This document shows, piece by piece, positions 12,444 to 26,593 of a stretch of DNA of 64,000 nt (the first letter of the stretch is position 1; each line of letters starts with the position of its first letter). The notes beneath the pieces are model-generated. The model was not told the origin of the DNA, did not search any database, and worked only from the letters and a program-made list of their open reading frames with translations. Where the stretch lies: the NCBI GenBank assembly GCA_951406725.2, contig OX597821.1, forward strand, positions 47,554,001 to 47,618,000. The letters run 5' to 3'. Made by a program: the position numbers and the translations under genes. Origin of the DNA: Octopus vulgaris (Eukaryota).

Positions 12444-13689
12444 CGTTCTGTTGCTGCTGCTGTTGATGATAATAATGTTGTTAATATTGATTATGATGAT
12501 GGTGATGGCAGTTGTGGTAGTGGTGGTGGTGGTGGTGGTGCTAGTGATAGTGATGATAATTTTAATAGTAGTGGTGGTGTTGGAGATGCTAATGGCTTCA
12601 CTATCCCCAATAATATTGCTGTTGTTAGCAATGATGAAGTGATTTACATTATATTGTTATTTGTATTTTTTGTCTGTTTCAGTTGTGAGATGTAAATGAA
12701 AGTCCTCTGAAAGCATTTAAGTGATTAAATCATTGTTTTAGGTTTTACTGCTTGTCTCAATGGAATCTGAAAATCTTGTCAGTCACACAGTAATTCATCA
12801 AAATAAATTCCCCGTTTCATTTATTTCTAAACTTATATGACGCATAGCTTTAATGGAGGAGCAAAATGGCTTTATGGATACAGTATGGTAATTACACATC
12901 CTTCTCATGAAAACCACAATTTGACAAAACTGGTGATAGAAAAATAATTATCTAGTACAGGAAAATAATTATTTAGTAAACCTTACAATAAAGAGGAAAT
13001 ATCTAACATGAAAATATTTATCTACATATAGTGAAAATATCAAAATTACCAAATGTCTTGGCACCAATTCCTGCCAGCTAGATGAAGTATGACATCTTAT
13101 GATAAAAATGTGCCTCCAAAATATGTTAAAAAGTACAAGCAGTGGATGCAATAACCACATTCTATGAGAAAATGGTATTCACAAATCTATATTAAAATAA
13201 AAGACATGCCTGTCTGTCTGTCCTTCACATGCTATCTTGAGATCAAGATGATTTTTCAAGTAATTTATTTGGAAAAACAAAATAAAAACTGTGGGTTTAT
13301 TCAATTTATTCATCAAATTCACACATACAAAGTTTATGTTTTATTTTTGGTCAAAATTTATTGTCTATGAATATCTCCCACTTAAATACAATAATAGCCT
13401 GTGATGAAAGTGAAAAGCTAAAGACAGAGAGACAAGGACATAAACGAGGAAATAAGAATAGCAACAGATTTAGTAAAATCTCTTGAGAGCGAAACAGTTT
13501 ATTCTGCTGTAAACTTATTTCGATCTGTTAAATGTAGTTCCTTCTGGTACTTGAAACTACTTATTTTTGAGGTGGCTAAACTAAGTTACACACTCCTTCA
13601 GACAGTAAAGAATTTAATTCTACAGCTTAATAGGTAAATATATTAATTTTCATTGATATATTGATTGATAAACAACTTTTTGAATAAAA

Positions 13690-14020
13690 CAATATACCAA
13701 CATTATTACCTCTAATTACAGCAATATTATCAGTTCACAATACACCAATATCACCACACAATACATCAACATTATTACTATACAGTGCTCTTACATCATC
13801 ACCACCAGTGCACCAACCAACATTATTACACCTAAATACATCAACATTATTAGCAGATAATGCACCAACATCATCATGTATCAATAAACCAACATTATCA
13901 CCTCACATCTCACCAACATTATCATCACACAAAACAGCAATATTACCATCTCTCAATACACCATCACTGTCAGTTCTCAATGCACCAATGTTATCACCTT
14001 TGAATACACCAACATTATGT
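13690..14020. repeat. Degenerate 24-bp minisatellite
   Basis: Units such as gcaccaacatcatcatgtatcaat, aaaccaacattatcacctcacatc and gcaccaatgttatcacctttgaat recur every 24 bp. Confidence 0.75.
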
Positions 14021-14780
14021 GTCATAGTCTCACTTTAATTTAGAAGACTGCTGATAGACATTGAGAAATCAGATACCAAACTTTGACATCATAAGTCACA
14101 TTAAGTGTGACAGTCTTACATTCATAATTAATTCTTGTTATTTGTAAACTTAAGAAAGCAAAATTTCTCATATTTAAAAGATTGACAGCTTCAAACAGAC
14201 AGATGTAGTACCTTAGCTAATGTGGTTACATTTGAAGCACAGTTACGGTTATTTGGTTTGTCAAAATGATTCTTAAATGAGAATCAGTCATTCTGAGTTT
14301 CTCTAGTAACTGTCATAAATTAAATTGTGGTGCATGAGTCAACCGATTCCATAGAGTTGTACCTATTTTTCTTCATATACGCCAACGATCTCGAGGTATT
14401 TAAAATAGATACACAGACTTTATCATTTCTTTGTCACTTTATTAATGAATTGATGATGACAAATACTTCATACAGGATATCGAAACACTTTTTCCCAGTG
14501 TGTGTCATTTCTCTTCATGTTTCACCACTTATTTATTAACAGTGTATAAATATGTGTGTGTGTGTATGTGTCTGTTTGTATGCAGGAGTGTATGTGTGCA
14601 TGTCGTACATGCTTAGCTGTATTTGTGATAGTTATCTTATTTAATTAAATTTGTTTGCCTACAGATATTCTCACACACACACACACACACTCCCCCTCTC
14701 CCCCTCTCACTCTCCCCCTCTCACTCTCCCCCTCTCACTCTCCCCCTCTCACTCTCCCCCTCTCTCCCTCCCTCTCTCCT

Positions 14781-14831
<51 letters not shown>

Positions 14832-15334
14832 CCAGTGAGAAATCATTCAGACTGGCCAAGTTGTAAAAAGCATTGCTACAAAGAGACATACAGTTAACAT
14901 GTACAACTGATTAGAAAGTTATTTTTAACGTACTTATATAAACCTTATCTTCATCGTCATCATTTAATGTCCATGTTCCGAATAAAAATCAAGGGGTGAA
15001 ATCCCTAAGGCAGTCCAGTGCCCTTGTACATATTCTTCTGACAACTCCATAGTAGGTCGAGATCTCCAGTCTTATTAGGCAATTCACCTCTCTGGTCATT
15101 GCACCTGTCTTAGCCCACCAAGCCTCTGTAGTCAGACCTCCAGGTCTAAAGAGTGGGATCAGATTGTGCAGACTGACTCTCATTTTAAAATTACGAAGCA
15201 CAGGAAGAAAGAAAGGCCATGTGGCATCAAGGATCAATGAACTCGACCACTTGAAGGAGTGCTGCTACTTTCCCCCATTATTTTGGACATGAAGAAACTA
15301 CTATCAATAAATGATATATAAAAATATTGAAAAG

Positions 15335-15582
15335 AAGGTGGCGAGCTGGCAGAAACGTTAGCACGCCGGGCGAAACGCGTAGCCGTATTTCATCTGCCGT
15401 TACGTTCTGGGTTCAAATTCCGCCGAGGTCGACTTTGCCTTTCATCCTTTCGGGGTCGATAAATTAAGTACCAGTTACGCACTGGGGTCGATGTAATCGA
15501 TTTAATCCCTTTGTCTGTCCTTGTTTGTCCCCTCTGTGTTTAGCCCCTTGTGGGTAGTAAAGAAAAAAGAAAAAAAAAAAAA
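15335..15582 (+). mobile_element. tRNA-derived SINE (family C, Nin/Deu-like core), full length with TSD
   Basis: Head AAGGTGGCGAGCTGGCAGAA, B-box-like GGGTTCAAATTCC, core GCCTTTCATCCTTTCGGGGTCGATAAATTAAGTACCAG and an A-rich tail. The TSD GATATATAAAAATAT lies at 15313-15327 and 15583-15597. Confidence 0.85.
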
Positions 15583-15599
15583 GATATATAAAAATATGA

Positions 15600-16045
15600 A
15601 CTTTTTATCTTTTGGTTGTCTCAGACATTAGATTGTGGCCATGCTGGGGCATCGCCTTGAAGAATTTTTAAGCCCATTACTTATTCTATCAGCCTCTATT
15701 GCTAAACTGCTAAATTATGGGGACATAAACACACCAGCAAACATAATCTCTCTCACACATACACAAACACACACACACACACACACGCACACACACACCA
15801 ATCACACACAAACACAACCACATACACACACACAATCAAACCACACACACACACACATCTCTCTACCTATCTATCCATCCATCCACATACATATACAATG
15901 GGCTTCTTTCAGTTTTCATCTACCAAATTCATTCACAAAGCTTTGGCTGGCTCAAGGCTATGGAAGACACTTGCCCCTGGTGCCAAGCTGTGGAACTGAA
16001 CCAGAGACCATGTAGTTGGGAAGCAAACTTCTCACCTCACAGTCA
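15600..16045 (-). mobile_element. tRNA-derived SINE (family A), decayed
   Basis: Reverse complement of the 63630-64000 family, with an internal (CA)n tract. Confidence 0.7.
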
Positions 16046-16119
16046 TGTTTATATCTACTACAAATAGATATATATCTATGACATTTATATACATGTATAT
16101 TCACACACACTCACACACA

Positions 16120-16201
<82 letters not shown>

Positions 16202-16519
16202 GGTACACATACTTATACACACATACATGCGCACACACAAACATGTCCTGAAGGTACTACCTCCCTATGTGACACGATGTCATGAAAACAATATACAATG
16301 CCATCTGGAAAAAAAAACTGTCCTGGAATATCATCATCATTGTCATTTAATGTCCATTTTGCATGCTGGCATGTATTGAAATGTTTATCAGGGGATGGCT
16401 AGGCAGAAGACTGTATTAGGCTTCTCTGTCTGTTTTGGCAGGGTTATTACGGCTAGATGCCCTTCCTAACACCAACCACTTTACAAAGTGGGTTGGATGT
16501 TCCAGCATTGGTGGGATCA

Positions 16520-16940
16520 GAATCCCCTTGCTATTGATTATGTACACAAATACCAGTACAAGGAATACTGGTGGAACATTCCTATGCAAACATCTGTTAA
16601 GTGTGAGCATAACAGGCCAGATATTGCTGTTTGGAACATACAAGAAAAAGTATGTATCATGACAGAGGTCAGCTCTCCTGTTGATGTGAATATCTCTTTG
16701 AAAATCAAAGAGACAGAAAATAGCCATAGACAAATGCTTTGAGGCCTCCTGCTTCTGTATCCAGATTACAAATTTACATTTATACCGATAATAATTGGTG
16801 CACTTGGTTTTCTAAGTAAATGGTTAACTATCAGTCTGGATAAGCTTAGATTTTCAGAAAAAGAAATTAATCAACTTGTACATACAAATGCAATCTGTAA
16901 ATGGAACAGTAAAACTATGCAAGACTTTTCTCAAGTTTAA
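16520..16940 (+). mobile_element. Dong/R4-type non-LTR retrotransposon 3' end (restriction-like endonuclease)
   Basis: WWNIPMQTSVKCEHNRPDIAVWNIQEKVCIMTEVSSP...K...FIPIIIGALG carries the RPD...E...K signature of the RLE domain. Confidence 0.8.
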
Positions 16941-17089
16941 AGTTTTCATTATCTACATTCCAAAGATGGAGTTTTGTATTTTGGCTAGAAACCAGCTCAA
17001 AGGGAGAATTTAAATGATTAAAGCAGAAGAGAAACATAAGACAACCGCATTATTGCCAGCTGCAAGAGAATGTCTTCCTGATATCACCT

Positions 17090-17575
17090 TTCCATGAAGT
17101 ATATACTGTGGTCAAAACAGTCTGAAAAAGTATGTCAAAAAAAGAAAACTCCTACAAGCAATGTTGACTGAATTGAGACTAATGTGTCAAAAGAAAATTG
17201 GTCGAACTTGAAAATTAGAACAACCACCAAGTTAAAACACAACTGGTCAGATATAGTTGTATGGGACCACCAAGAAAAGGTACATTCTGTTGTAGAAATT
17301 AGATGCCCTCTGGACACTGCTGGGTTAGGAAAATATAAGAGAAAGGACACTTATGGACCATTGGATAAGAAGTTTGCAAATCCAGTACCCAAGATACACT
17401 TTCAGTTTCATCCTATTAGAGTTAGAGTGACAGAATACATACCAACCTGCTGGAGCAAAGCATGGCTAAACATGGGACCTTGGGGAGAGAGTGCAAATTC
17501 TTAATTCATACACTACAAACAATCACAAGATCTGGGACAATAATAATCTACAAAATCTTCTTAAGATTTAGAGGA
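17090..17575 (+). mobile_element. Second, more decayed Dong/R4-type RLE 3' end
   Basis: TTTKLKHNWSDIVVWDHQEKVHSVVEIRCPLD is homologous to the preceding fragment. Confidence 0.7.
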
Positions 17576-17671
17576 TAATGAACAAAACAAGATGCTTTCC
17601 TTCTCAACCTTGCTATCAAATAGGTGGCTGTTCAAAATTTATTCTAAGTTAAAATGAGAAAAATAACTTGT

Positions 17672-17899
<228 letters not shown>

Positions 17900-19927
17900 G
17901 TTTATATTTGTGTGTAAACTGATATTCTATTTCGCAGTACATAAACTGGGCCAAGCAGCTTTTATAGAAAAAAAAACTACTGAGATATGACACACAACTA
18001 AAACAGGTAAAAAGAAATTATTTAGATCAAGGTTTTTTAGTATGATGAACACAATAACAACAACAACAACAGACCAGTTGATAAATATAGAATTATTGGA
18101 ATTATAAGTGAAGCTTTAAGAAGGCAAACTATACTTAATTTTGTGAGCTTTCTTACTCATGCCATTAAATATGGTCATACTAACTTAACGCTTCTTTTTT
18201 ATGTGGATGGTATCTCTGAGTAATTAACTAAATAGTTAATTAGTGATGTATTTTTGAAAGAAGTGATTCTGACTACTCGTCTGCATACATTACTTATTTT
18301 CCTACATACCTACCTTCCTATGTACAAACATATATATTTATCTACCTATCTACTATACCAGACCATACGATATTTAACTATTTACCATATTTGCTATACC
18401 TACCTATGCAGATTAGTACCTACCTCTCTGCCTAAATGCCTAACCAGTTTATTCCTCCTCGGTATGGACAAGAAGTTGTAACTTCCACTATTTAGTTGGG
18501 ATTAAATATTATTAATGTACTATTTCAGCTGAAACAGTGTATATATACTATTTTAACACCTTTCCCTAATCCTTAAAGTTACTATATCCTCCCCATTGTT
18601 ACTATATCGTCCCCATTGTTGGTTATATCACTTCATTATCAACCTCTTCTTTCTTCCTATTGCTCTAATATTCCCCACCCCCACTGCACCCCCCTCCATT
18701 CACTAGGTTAACTGACTATAGCATGACACTTGAAGAAATAGTTTTCATTCCAACTTTCACTTACTCATGCCTTCTTTGTCACTTTAATGTGAAAGAATGA
18801 CATTGTTTAGTAAGTGGAGGGTTGTTGGTAGGGGTTGATGGTGTATGGGTGTCAGTAGTGGTGTTGCAGAGACTAAGGTGAGTTATGTCAAATAGATATA
18901 GTTTATGGTGGATTGGAATGTCTTCAGATTAATTACCTTGCAGAATTATTTTTGTTTCATTACATTCAAATCTTGCCAAGTTGAACTTTATCTTTCATCC
19001 TTCAGGGGCCAATAAATTAATGAACCAATCAAACACCAGAACTGATTTAATAAACTACCCACCCGCTCACCCTGCATCCCACAAAAATTACTGGCCTTGT
19101 ACTTAAATTAGGAATTATTATTATGGTAGAATCATTATGACTTTGAAATTCATTTTAACACCCTCTGATTACATATCATCATACCTTACTTTAACCACTC
19201 ACCCTTACAATGATACAAAAGTGACAACTGGTTACAGATCTGCCTTGTTTTTGAGGTTTCTTCTCTTGTATTTCTGTGGTCAGTATACTGTGGTGTGTCT
19301 AATAATTTCAACCTGTGTTCTGGTTGAGTCTTTAGAAGTACATTAAATAGTGCCACAGCTTGTGCATTTTCCCTTAAATGGTCTGAAGAGCATGTTGTAA
19401 TTCTTGTTGTGAGATGTGATTTAGTCTTCTTCCATAGTTATGGCATGTAATTTTTCTCTTTGCCCCACTTAGATTGACTCTAGTGGCAAAGATATGTTGT
19501 TTGGTTCTACAAAATTCATCCAACTATCCTTTTTCTTAACCTTTTAACAGTGCAAGTACTAATATTCTGCTAGTATAGTCTGTGTTAAGGAATGTTTCAC
19601 TGTAACACAACAACTAGATGAATGGATTGTAGTGTTTGACACCATATCAAAGTTGTCACTACTTTTACCATTGTTGCAACTATCTTTCTCATTGAACGTG
19701 CTTGTTTCAATCTTCAGATTATTATTTTTCTTTTTATATCAATTGTTCAATGAACAATTAATTTTTTTGTTGTCATCTGCTTCCAAATATTGAGAGCAGA
19801 CTTTCCTTAGATAATCATTATCCTTTTATTTTAAACAAGAACATCAAAGAAAATTTCATTTGGTAATGATTGAATAAATTGTTTTTCAAAGAGAGAAAAA
19901 TGGAGTCTTGACTCTACAAGACTAAAA

Positions 19928-20009
<82 letters not shown>
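19928..20009. repeat. (TAG)n microsatellite
   Basis: Pure trinucleotide run. Confidence 0.98.
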
Positions 20010-20010
<1 letters not shown>

Positions 20011-20554
20011 ATGTTGTAATCCCTTGGGATTCGAACCCCATTTTTGTAAATTACTGGTTTGCCATAATGGGTGAGCCACAACAGAGGCATGCATTTGTCA
20101 TGTGTGCATTCTGTTTATTGACCAATCAGCTGCCAGGAAATCATGCCACCAGTTAGAACATCATCTCAAGTGTCCTTGAGATCCGTGCCCTTTTTCACTA
20201 GTTTAGTAGTGTAAGACTAAAAATCGATTAGACCTCTGGTGGCTTTTGAACAGGACACATCTTGGTTCTCACTGAGTAAATCAAGGTAAGGGCTTCAACA
20301 AGATACAGTGGTCTCACATCTTCCAGATAACTAATGGCCAAGCAAATACAGTTAAGTCGATCTCTAATGCCTAGTGTTGCTACCAGTGAGGGTTTAATAA
20401 TTTATGTATGTATCCATGCTTAACCTTCCCTTAATAAAATTTGTTGGCCACAATTAATATAGCAACACCTTCAACTCCAACAATGGTGTCAGCCACTACA
20501 ATATTGTCTTGTAACAATAATGTTTGAAATTTTGGCACAAAACCAACAACTGGA

Positions 20555-20960
20555 GACATTTATATGAGATGACCTGCATTTGCAGAGATAACTATATTGG
20601 CTTGACTAAGTGACAGCTGCTTCAAATCAGAATGAAATATTCACAAGGCCACAACACCCAGCACCATATTCCAACACCATCAACACTGTGATGAGGGGTT
20701 CTCCACCCAGATACTGGCCAGGGAAACAGGTGCAGTCAACCTTTGAATAAAGGAGGCACATTTTATCAAGAAGAAGGCACCCTGCCTCAATCGCCGGAAC
20801 ATACTTGATAGCTGGAAGTTCATTTACTGCCTCTGGAACCTCTAACCAATTCCAGCAGTAATAAACACCAATACCAGCAGTAGTAAACATCAACACCAAC
20901 AGTAATAACATAAAGTCTGATGAAGGATTATAGATCCAAAAGCACTAACTAAGCCCATTA
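20555..20960 (+). mobile_element. Penelope-like element 3' end: GIY-YIG endonuclease relic (not in ORF track)
   Basis: Manual translation gives YEMTCICRDNYIGLTK*QL ... STIFQHHQHCDEGFSTQILARETGAVNL*IKEAHFIKKKAPCLNR. Confidence 0.8.
20914..20950 (+). ncRNA. Minimal hammerhead ribozyme relic, probably inactivated by CpG decay
   Basis: AGT-CTGATGA-AGGAT-TATAG-ATCC-aAA-AGCaCT-A-ACT. Two G>A changes at CpG positions separate it from a canonical CGAAA core and an AGCGCT palindrome. It lies about 130 bp downstream of the GIY-YIG relic. Confidence 0.6.
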
Positions 20961-21017
20961 GCCCTAGAACTTGCAACAAGGCTATGCACAGACCACACAC
21001 TACCAGTAGGTCCCCTC

Positions 21018-21074
21018 TATGTATGTATGTATGTATGTATGTATGTATGTATGTATGCATCTATCTATCTATCC

Positions 21075-21143
<69 letters not shown>
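21018..21143. repeat. Compound (TATG)n(TCTA)n microsatellite
   Basis: Seen directly. Confidence 0.97.
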
Positions 21144-22813
21144 CCTCTCAAAAAAAAAAAGAACTGTTAGACCATTTTAAACTTTTGAACTTTTGATAAT
21201 TTGAAAAAGAAATAATACTTTTGGGGATTTACTACAGTGTTACCCCATTATCTCTCTGAACTGGACAGATTTGTGTCAAAGAAAGTGTTGTGGAAGAATT
21301 ATGAAGCAAAAAACTGTCTCTCTTTATCTGAAGAAGTTATGCTTCTTTATGAAAGGTGGAATAATTTTCTCTAAGTTGTCAAAATATCAACTAAAAGCAG
21401 CAGTGGACAGCATATGAACCAGCATTTCATTTATCGAGTGAAGCAAGGCTTATAATACTGCAAGTCTGGTGCTCAGGATCAGTGAGCTGCAACACCATTC
21501 CATAGTAGATGGACCAGTATAACACAAAGGTGGAAGTGAACAGTATTAGCAATGATAATGGTCTTTAGTTCATTGTCTTCTTCATGGCACAATATGTGCT
21601 GCTGATAGGTGCAGAAATCATAAGGAACCCCAGGAGGAGTCAATTTGAAAAGTACAAACCCTGGTAATCTCTAAAAATTACAATGGTATTCCAGAGCTGT
21701 ATTCCATCTTGGGTGTCAGCTCAGCTGTTACACTGCTGACAGTAAAAAATGTCTAGCAGTTTTCTAAAGTGAGAAAGAGAGAGAGGTGAAGAGTAGCAGA
21801 ACTAACAATGTCTCAGAGGCTGCCGTCTCACTGTAGCATCACTTGCTCCAACAGTCGTAGCTCTGAAGATGATTGAGGAAACTGATTCACCTATAGGACA
21901 AGATATTGTCCTAAAGGTGAATATCTATAGGACAATATAGGTCCATTCCCTTGACTGAAATTGGTAGTAACACACCATCACCTAGCAACAAGGAAGAGAA
22001 TATTGAAAGTGAGTCAGGCCGATAGATTATCAAAGACAGGACAAAGGCTGAAAATATAAATGTTCCTGTAAAGAAGAACCTATTCCAAGTGAAAGCAAGA
22101 ACATGAAAAGAGGAAACCCTTCCCTGGGACGTGTTCTTCATGGTTGTGTAAGACATCAATCCTTTCTTCATGAAACTAATTGAAGACCTCCATCAGGAAG
22201 ATAATGAGAACAAAGTGCTTATTGGAGAGGGGCAAAATAAGGCCAAAAGAATTCAAGATAGATTGTTGATGAAGACTACAGTAATTAACTATGGTAATTT
22301 AAAACTGGTTTATCAGGATGCCTTGTGCCACATTCACTCTCCCCACCCACACACACATGAAAAAATCACAACAATGAGCACTTTTAGATCAACTAATTTT
22401 CAATATGAACAGTGACAAGAAGACAAAAAAAAGTAAGAAATTGATAGGAGGATTACCTCTTACTCCATGATGAACGAAAGTCACAAATCTTTGCAAAACA
22501 AAGAACTTGTAACAGTGATTTGAAACCTCAACCACTTGATGGTCAGGCATCACAAGCAAACCACCAGAGTTTCAATTGAACTGTCTATCAATTGACCAAT
22601 CAGCATGAGGCTGTGGTGTGATATGGTTTTCTTAATCATTCTAGATTTTGGCTTCAGGTCCCTTATAAAAACCATTTGATGTGCAGTATAGAACATAAGT
22701 GGCCAAGAGAAGACAGCCAAGGACCTTTGTTGCCATGGAGATTTGCGCAGTTGACTTTGTATATTTTGGGGCCAACCACGTTATCACACATAGCTTTCTA
22801 TAATTTCAGAGCA

Positions 22814-22879
<66 letters not shown>

Positions 22880-23860
22880 CCAGTTCATTGTAAATAGCCA
22901 ACACCAAATATCTTTATGTCTGGCAATAAAAATTCAGTTAAACGTTTGTGAGTCGTTTGGGTTGTTATTCATGCAGTCAATGAAATGTAGCTTCATTTAT
23001 CAGCTCCACATCACACCAACCAAATAACCCTCAAAACGAACTGAAAAAGAAAGGAGTTGTAATTTTTCTTGAATACTCAAATAGTAGATGTCTAAGGAAG
23101 TCCACAGGGCCAGTCTATGAACAACTACTGTGCAATTTTCCCAAGGATGGGGACCAATTTGTAGCCAGTCAAATACCATAAGGGAGAAGTTAAGTCATAG
23201 AAAATTCAATGAGTGGCCATTGATTATTAATTGAAATGCCATAGAATGCTATAAGTCAACATAGCTAGTGAGTTTTTGCCAGCTTGTGGGTCATGTATCT
23301 TTAAGTAAATTATATTTGATTTCTATTGTTGATTTTCTTAAAATTGTGTATTTACTCTATCTTTTTGGTTAAATATTTAATACACTTCATAGTATAACAT
23401 CTTTGTCTATGCTTTTAGTTGTATATAACTTTTTCTTGTTGATCCCCATTTTTCTAGCTTTCACCCTTTAATTTTTGTTGTTTGTTTGCAATGAACTTTT
23501 AGGTTAATAAACAACAAATGATATACTTGCAGGATTATTTCATGAAAGAATTTTTTTTTTATTTTAGTTCGTTTTTTTTTACCACCAAATGTTTTCAAAA
23601 TATTTCAAACATTTTGGAAGATTATAAGATAAATAAAAGGTAGTAGTAGTGGTGGTGGTGGTGGTGGTGATGGTGGTGGTAGTAGTAGTGGTGGTGGTGG
23701 TGGTGGTGGTAGTAACAGCAGCAGGGCTAAAATAAACAAACGAGCTTCAAAATATCTAATATGGAGACAGCTTCAAGCTTAGAAACTCATTTGTACAAGG
23801 CACACACACACACTCACTAAAAGGAACATGTTGAGGTAGACTATGATTTGAATGAAAATA

Positions 23861-24788
23861 CCGTAAAAACCCATGTAATTTACACACTTTTTTCACAAAA
23901 TAAAAATTAAGTTTTGTGGGTACATAAATTACATGAGTAGATCATTTCCAGAATTTAAAAAAAAAAAAATTTTTGTTGAAAAACGACGTACAAAACATAA
24001 GCATTCATACCAGAAGTTGACTCGTTTAATGTCAGAATAGGTTTTTACAGAAAAAAAATAATGACTTACCTATTTTAACATGTATCAAGAACCCCTTAAT
24101 TTTTGGGGTCTAAAATTTGGAAAAATGTTTTGTAAGGGACTGTAATACTATCCATGTATAAGAAAACTCTATTTTTAACCTAATTTTTTACAAAAAGGGT
24201 TCCTTATACTCGTTAAAATATGGTAAATATAATGAAGTTGACTTTTATTTATGCTGGACGGTATAACGCTTGCTTTTTCTGTATAAATTCACTAAAACCA
24301 TTAAATTGATTAACTATTTTTTGAAGTCTGATGTTCATGCTAGTAAACACAGTCCAAGCCATATTTTACATTGCTTGAAGTTTCTATTTATCATAATGGA
24401 GCACCTAATGACATAATAATTGACATACCTAATGTTATTGATATTCCTAAATGGAAAAAAAATGTAATGATGTGGATAATCTTGATTGTATGTTTTCATT
24501 TTTGTCTGTTTATTACTAGGCACAGTTTTAAGTTTGTTGTACTGTTTACTCCAATTTCAAACATTGGCTTCATTAACATTAAAATGCCTTCTGGCATCTC
24601 TATTGCCAGGTTCAAATGCATATTCAACATATTTACTTTCTCCTACACAGTAAATGATTTATAAGTTCTGCCCATACTGACAATAATGGTAATGACAAAT
24701 TTTAAAGTTTGCTTAACATTTTATAAATGTGAAAAGGATTAAAATTTCGATACTCAGGTGTGCAAATTATATAGGTTTTTTTTTATGG
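23861..24788 (-). mobile_element. pogo/Tigger-like DNA transposon, internally deleted
   Basis: TIRs TA|CCGTAAAAACCCATGTAATTTACACAC and GTGTGCAAATTATATAGGTTTTT..ATGG. The minus strand near 24500-24665 translates (one frameshift) as KSFTV*EKV..YVEYAFEPGNRDARRHFNVNEANV*NWSKQ, a Brinker-type HTH of pogo transposases. Confidence 0.7.
24069..24223. mobile_element. pogo-type MITE nested in the pogo element
   Basis: TA|CCTATTTTAACATGTATCAAGAACCC ... GGGTTCCTTATACTCGTTAAAATATGG|TA inverted termini. Confidence 0.65.
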
Positions 24789-26593
24789 GAGATAAAAAAT
24801 GATGACAGCACCATCAACAACAGAAATATTTAATCTTTTGCCAATCTTATGAGACAAAAAATGTGACATGCAAGGTATGTCATAAAGAACAGTTCCTCCT
24901 TGCTTGTCAAATTCAAAAGGAATGGAAGAGTGCTTCCACACATCTACAAAGGAAGAGTTCTGACAAATGACAGGACATGTATTCCATCAGTCCGTACAAT
25001 GCATATGGAAGCATGTGCTTAGTTCTGGAAACTGATGATGAAGTGAAAAGACAAGTAGAGCTGATGTGCCGCATGCTTGCTCACAGGATAATTCCACAGT
25101 ATAAGGGTCTGAACAATCACAGTTAGAGATATTGGCTTAAACTTCAATCATTTGTTTGTTCTCACCTTTGTGTGCTTATGGTTAGTGCAGAGGTAACCCA
25201 CAGTAATACTTTGTCAGGTGGAGTCTATAGGATCATCTGCTTCCTAACGATCCTTGAAGTTTGTAACTCATTGATGGAATGTAATGTCAGTCAACCAGAA
25301 TAGCAGTACATACCAGAAGGCTTAGTAGCCACAAGTGTGGTAGTTAAAACATCTTGGATGCTATCTGACTAGAGCATAGTAAAAGCAGAAGGTAGAAGAA
25401 AAATATCAGATGGCAACAAACAAGAGACAACATGAGCTCAAAGAATTCACATCAATGTGCTGATATTTCAAACGAGAAAACCCAGGTTGTTTAAAGTACT
25501 ACAGGTGACTTCAATGTCTTGTTTGATGCAATTGTGAGTGCAAAACCCAGAACACTATGCCATGCAGCTTCGCAATGCATAATGTCTGGATCCCTAGGCA
25601 TTAAGTATTGATTTCTTAAAGTTAAAAAGATTATATATTTTAAAATCTGCAATACAACTAGGTACCTGTTTAGGGTAGCACTAGTGCACAACAGTGGACT
25701 ATTTACAAAACACTGCTCTACACACTCTTATATATATCTAATTATGATTTTTCCTTTAAACCTTTTCTCTGTTTTCAATCTGAAAAATCAAAGACATCTC
25801 AATATAATATTTGTCTAAATTGTATTTCATTTTATCAATAATATTACACATTTAGAGAGACACAATAGGCAACAAGTTATATGGTTACATATATATATTG
25901 ATGAACGGTGTATTGGAAACTGTTTATATTATGGTCTCACAAAGACCACATAAGCAAAATCAGAATCCCAGGGAATAAAAAGGAAACTAGTAGAGACTTT
26001 ATATGTCATTGTGGTGATTCTGCCAATCTGTGGCATTCAAATTATATAATAATGATTACTTGTTGATTAGCATCCATAAACAGCAGTCCATATCAATGCC
26101 AATTTGTTCACACCAGGACAGAACATATTCCATTAGTGTGAGTGTGCTATAGTATTTCTCTCCTAAGAGGATTAAAAAACAAATTGTAATTGAGAACAGT
26201 AACATCTTCTGGACCAATGAACACTTTGATATTTTTTAATCTCAATTTTTATTAAGCATGCATATAATCTCTATGCTTACTAATGAATACACTATTCTGG
26301 TGTCTGGCAAAATTACTAAAATACAAAAGTTATTTCAAGATACAAAGAAATATTCTTGGAAAATTTCTAGTTTCAAAATAGTAATCCAAATTTCTGATTT
26401 CAAAAAATAGAAAGCTTGTTTAGAAGCTGTTGAACGAGAAGTAAATGTTGTTACACAAGAAACAACGTTGATAATTGGAGTAAAAATAATGGCAAAACTT
26501 CTTGAAATTTTTTTAATTCATATTATCTATCAAAATCACACAGACACATGTGTGAGAGTGTATGTATTTAACATATATAATATATATATATAA

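Noticed and set aside
14327-14539. LFFFIYANDLEVFK resembling a LINE RT motif
   Set aside because: It is a single short word with no flanking RT motifs.
20010-20095. Minus-strand GGTTCGAATCCC B-box next to (TAC)n, possible tRNA
   Set aside because: I could build no cloverleaf or convincing A-box. At most it is a repeat remnant.
21150-23080. Complex ~2-kb stretch that may be an old DNA transposon
   Set aside because: I could not identify matching TIRs or a transposase motif by eye. The CTGAAGA words at about 21328 and 21863 lack hammerhead stems.
26055-26150. Minus-strand open stretch TLMEYVLSWCEQIGIDMDCCLWMLINK between AG and GT
   Set aside because: No polypyrimidine tract and no known motif.
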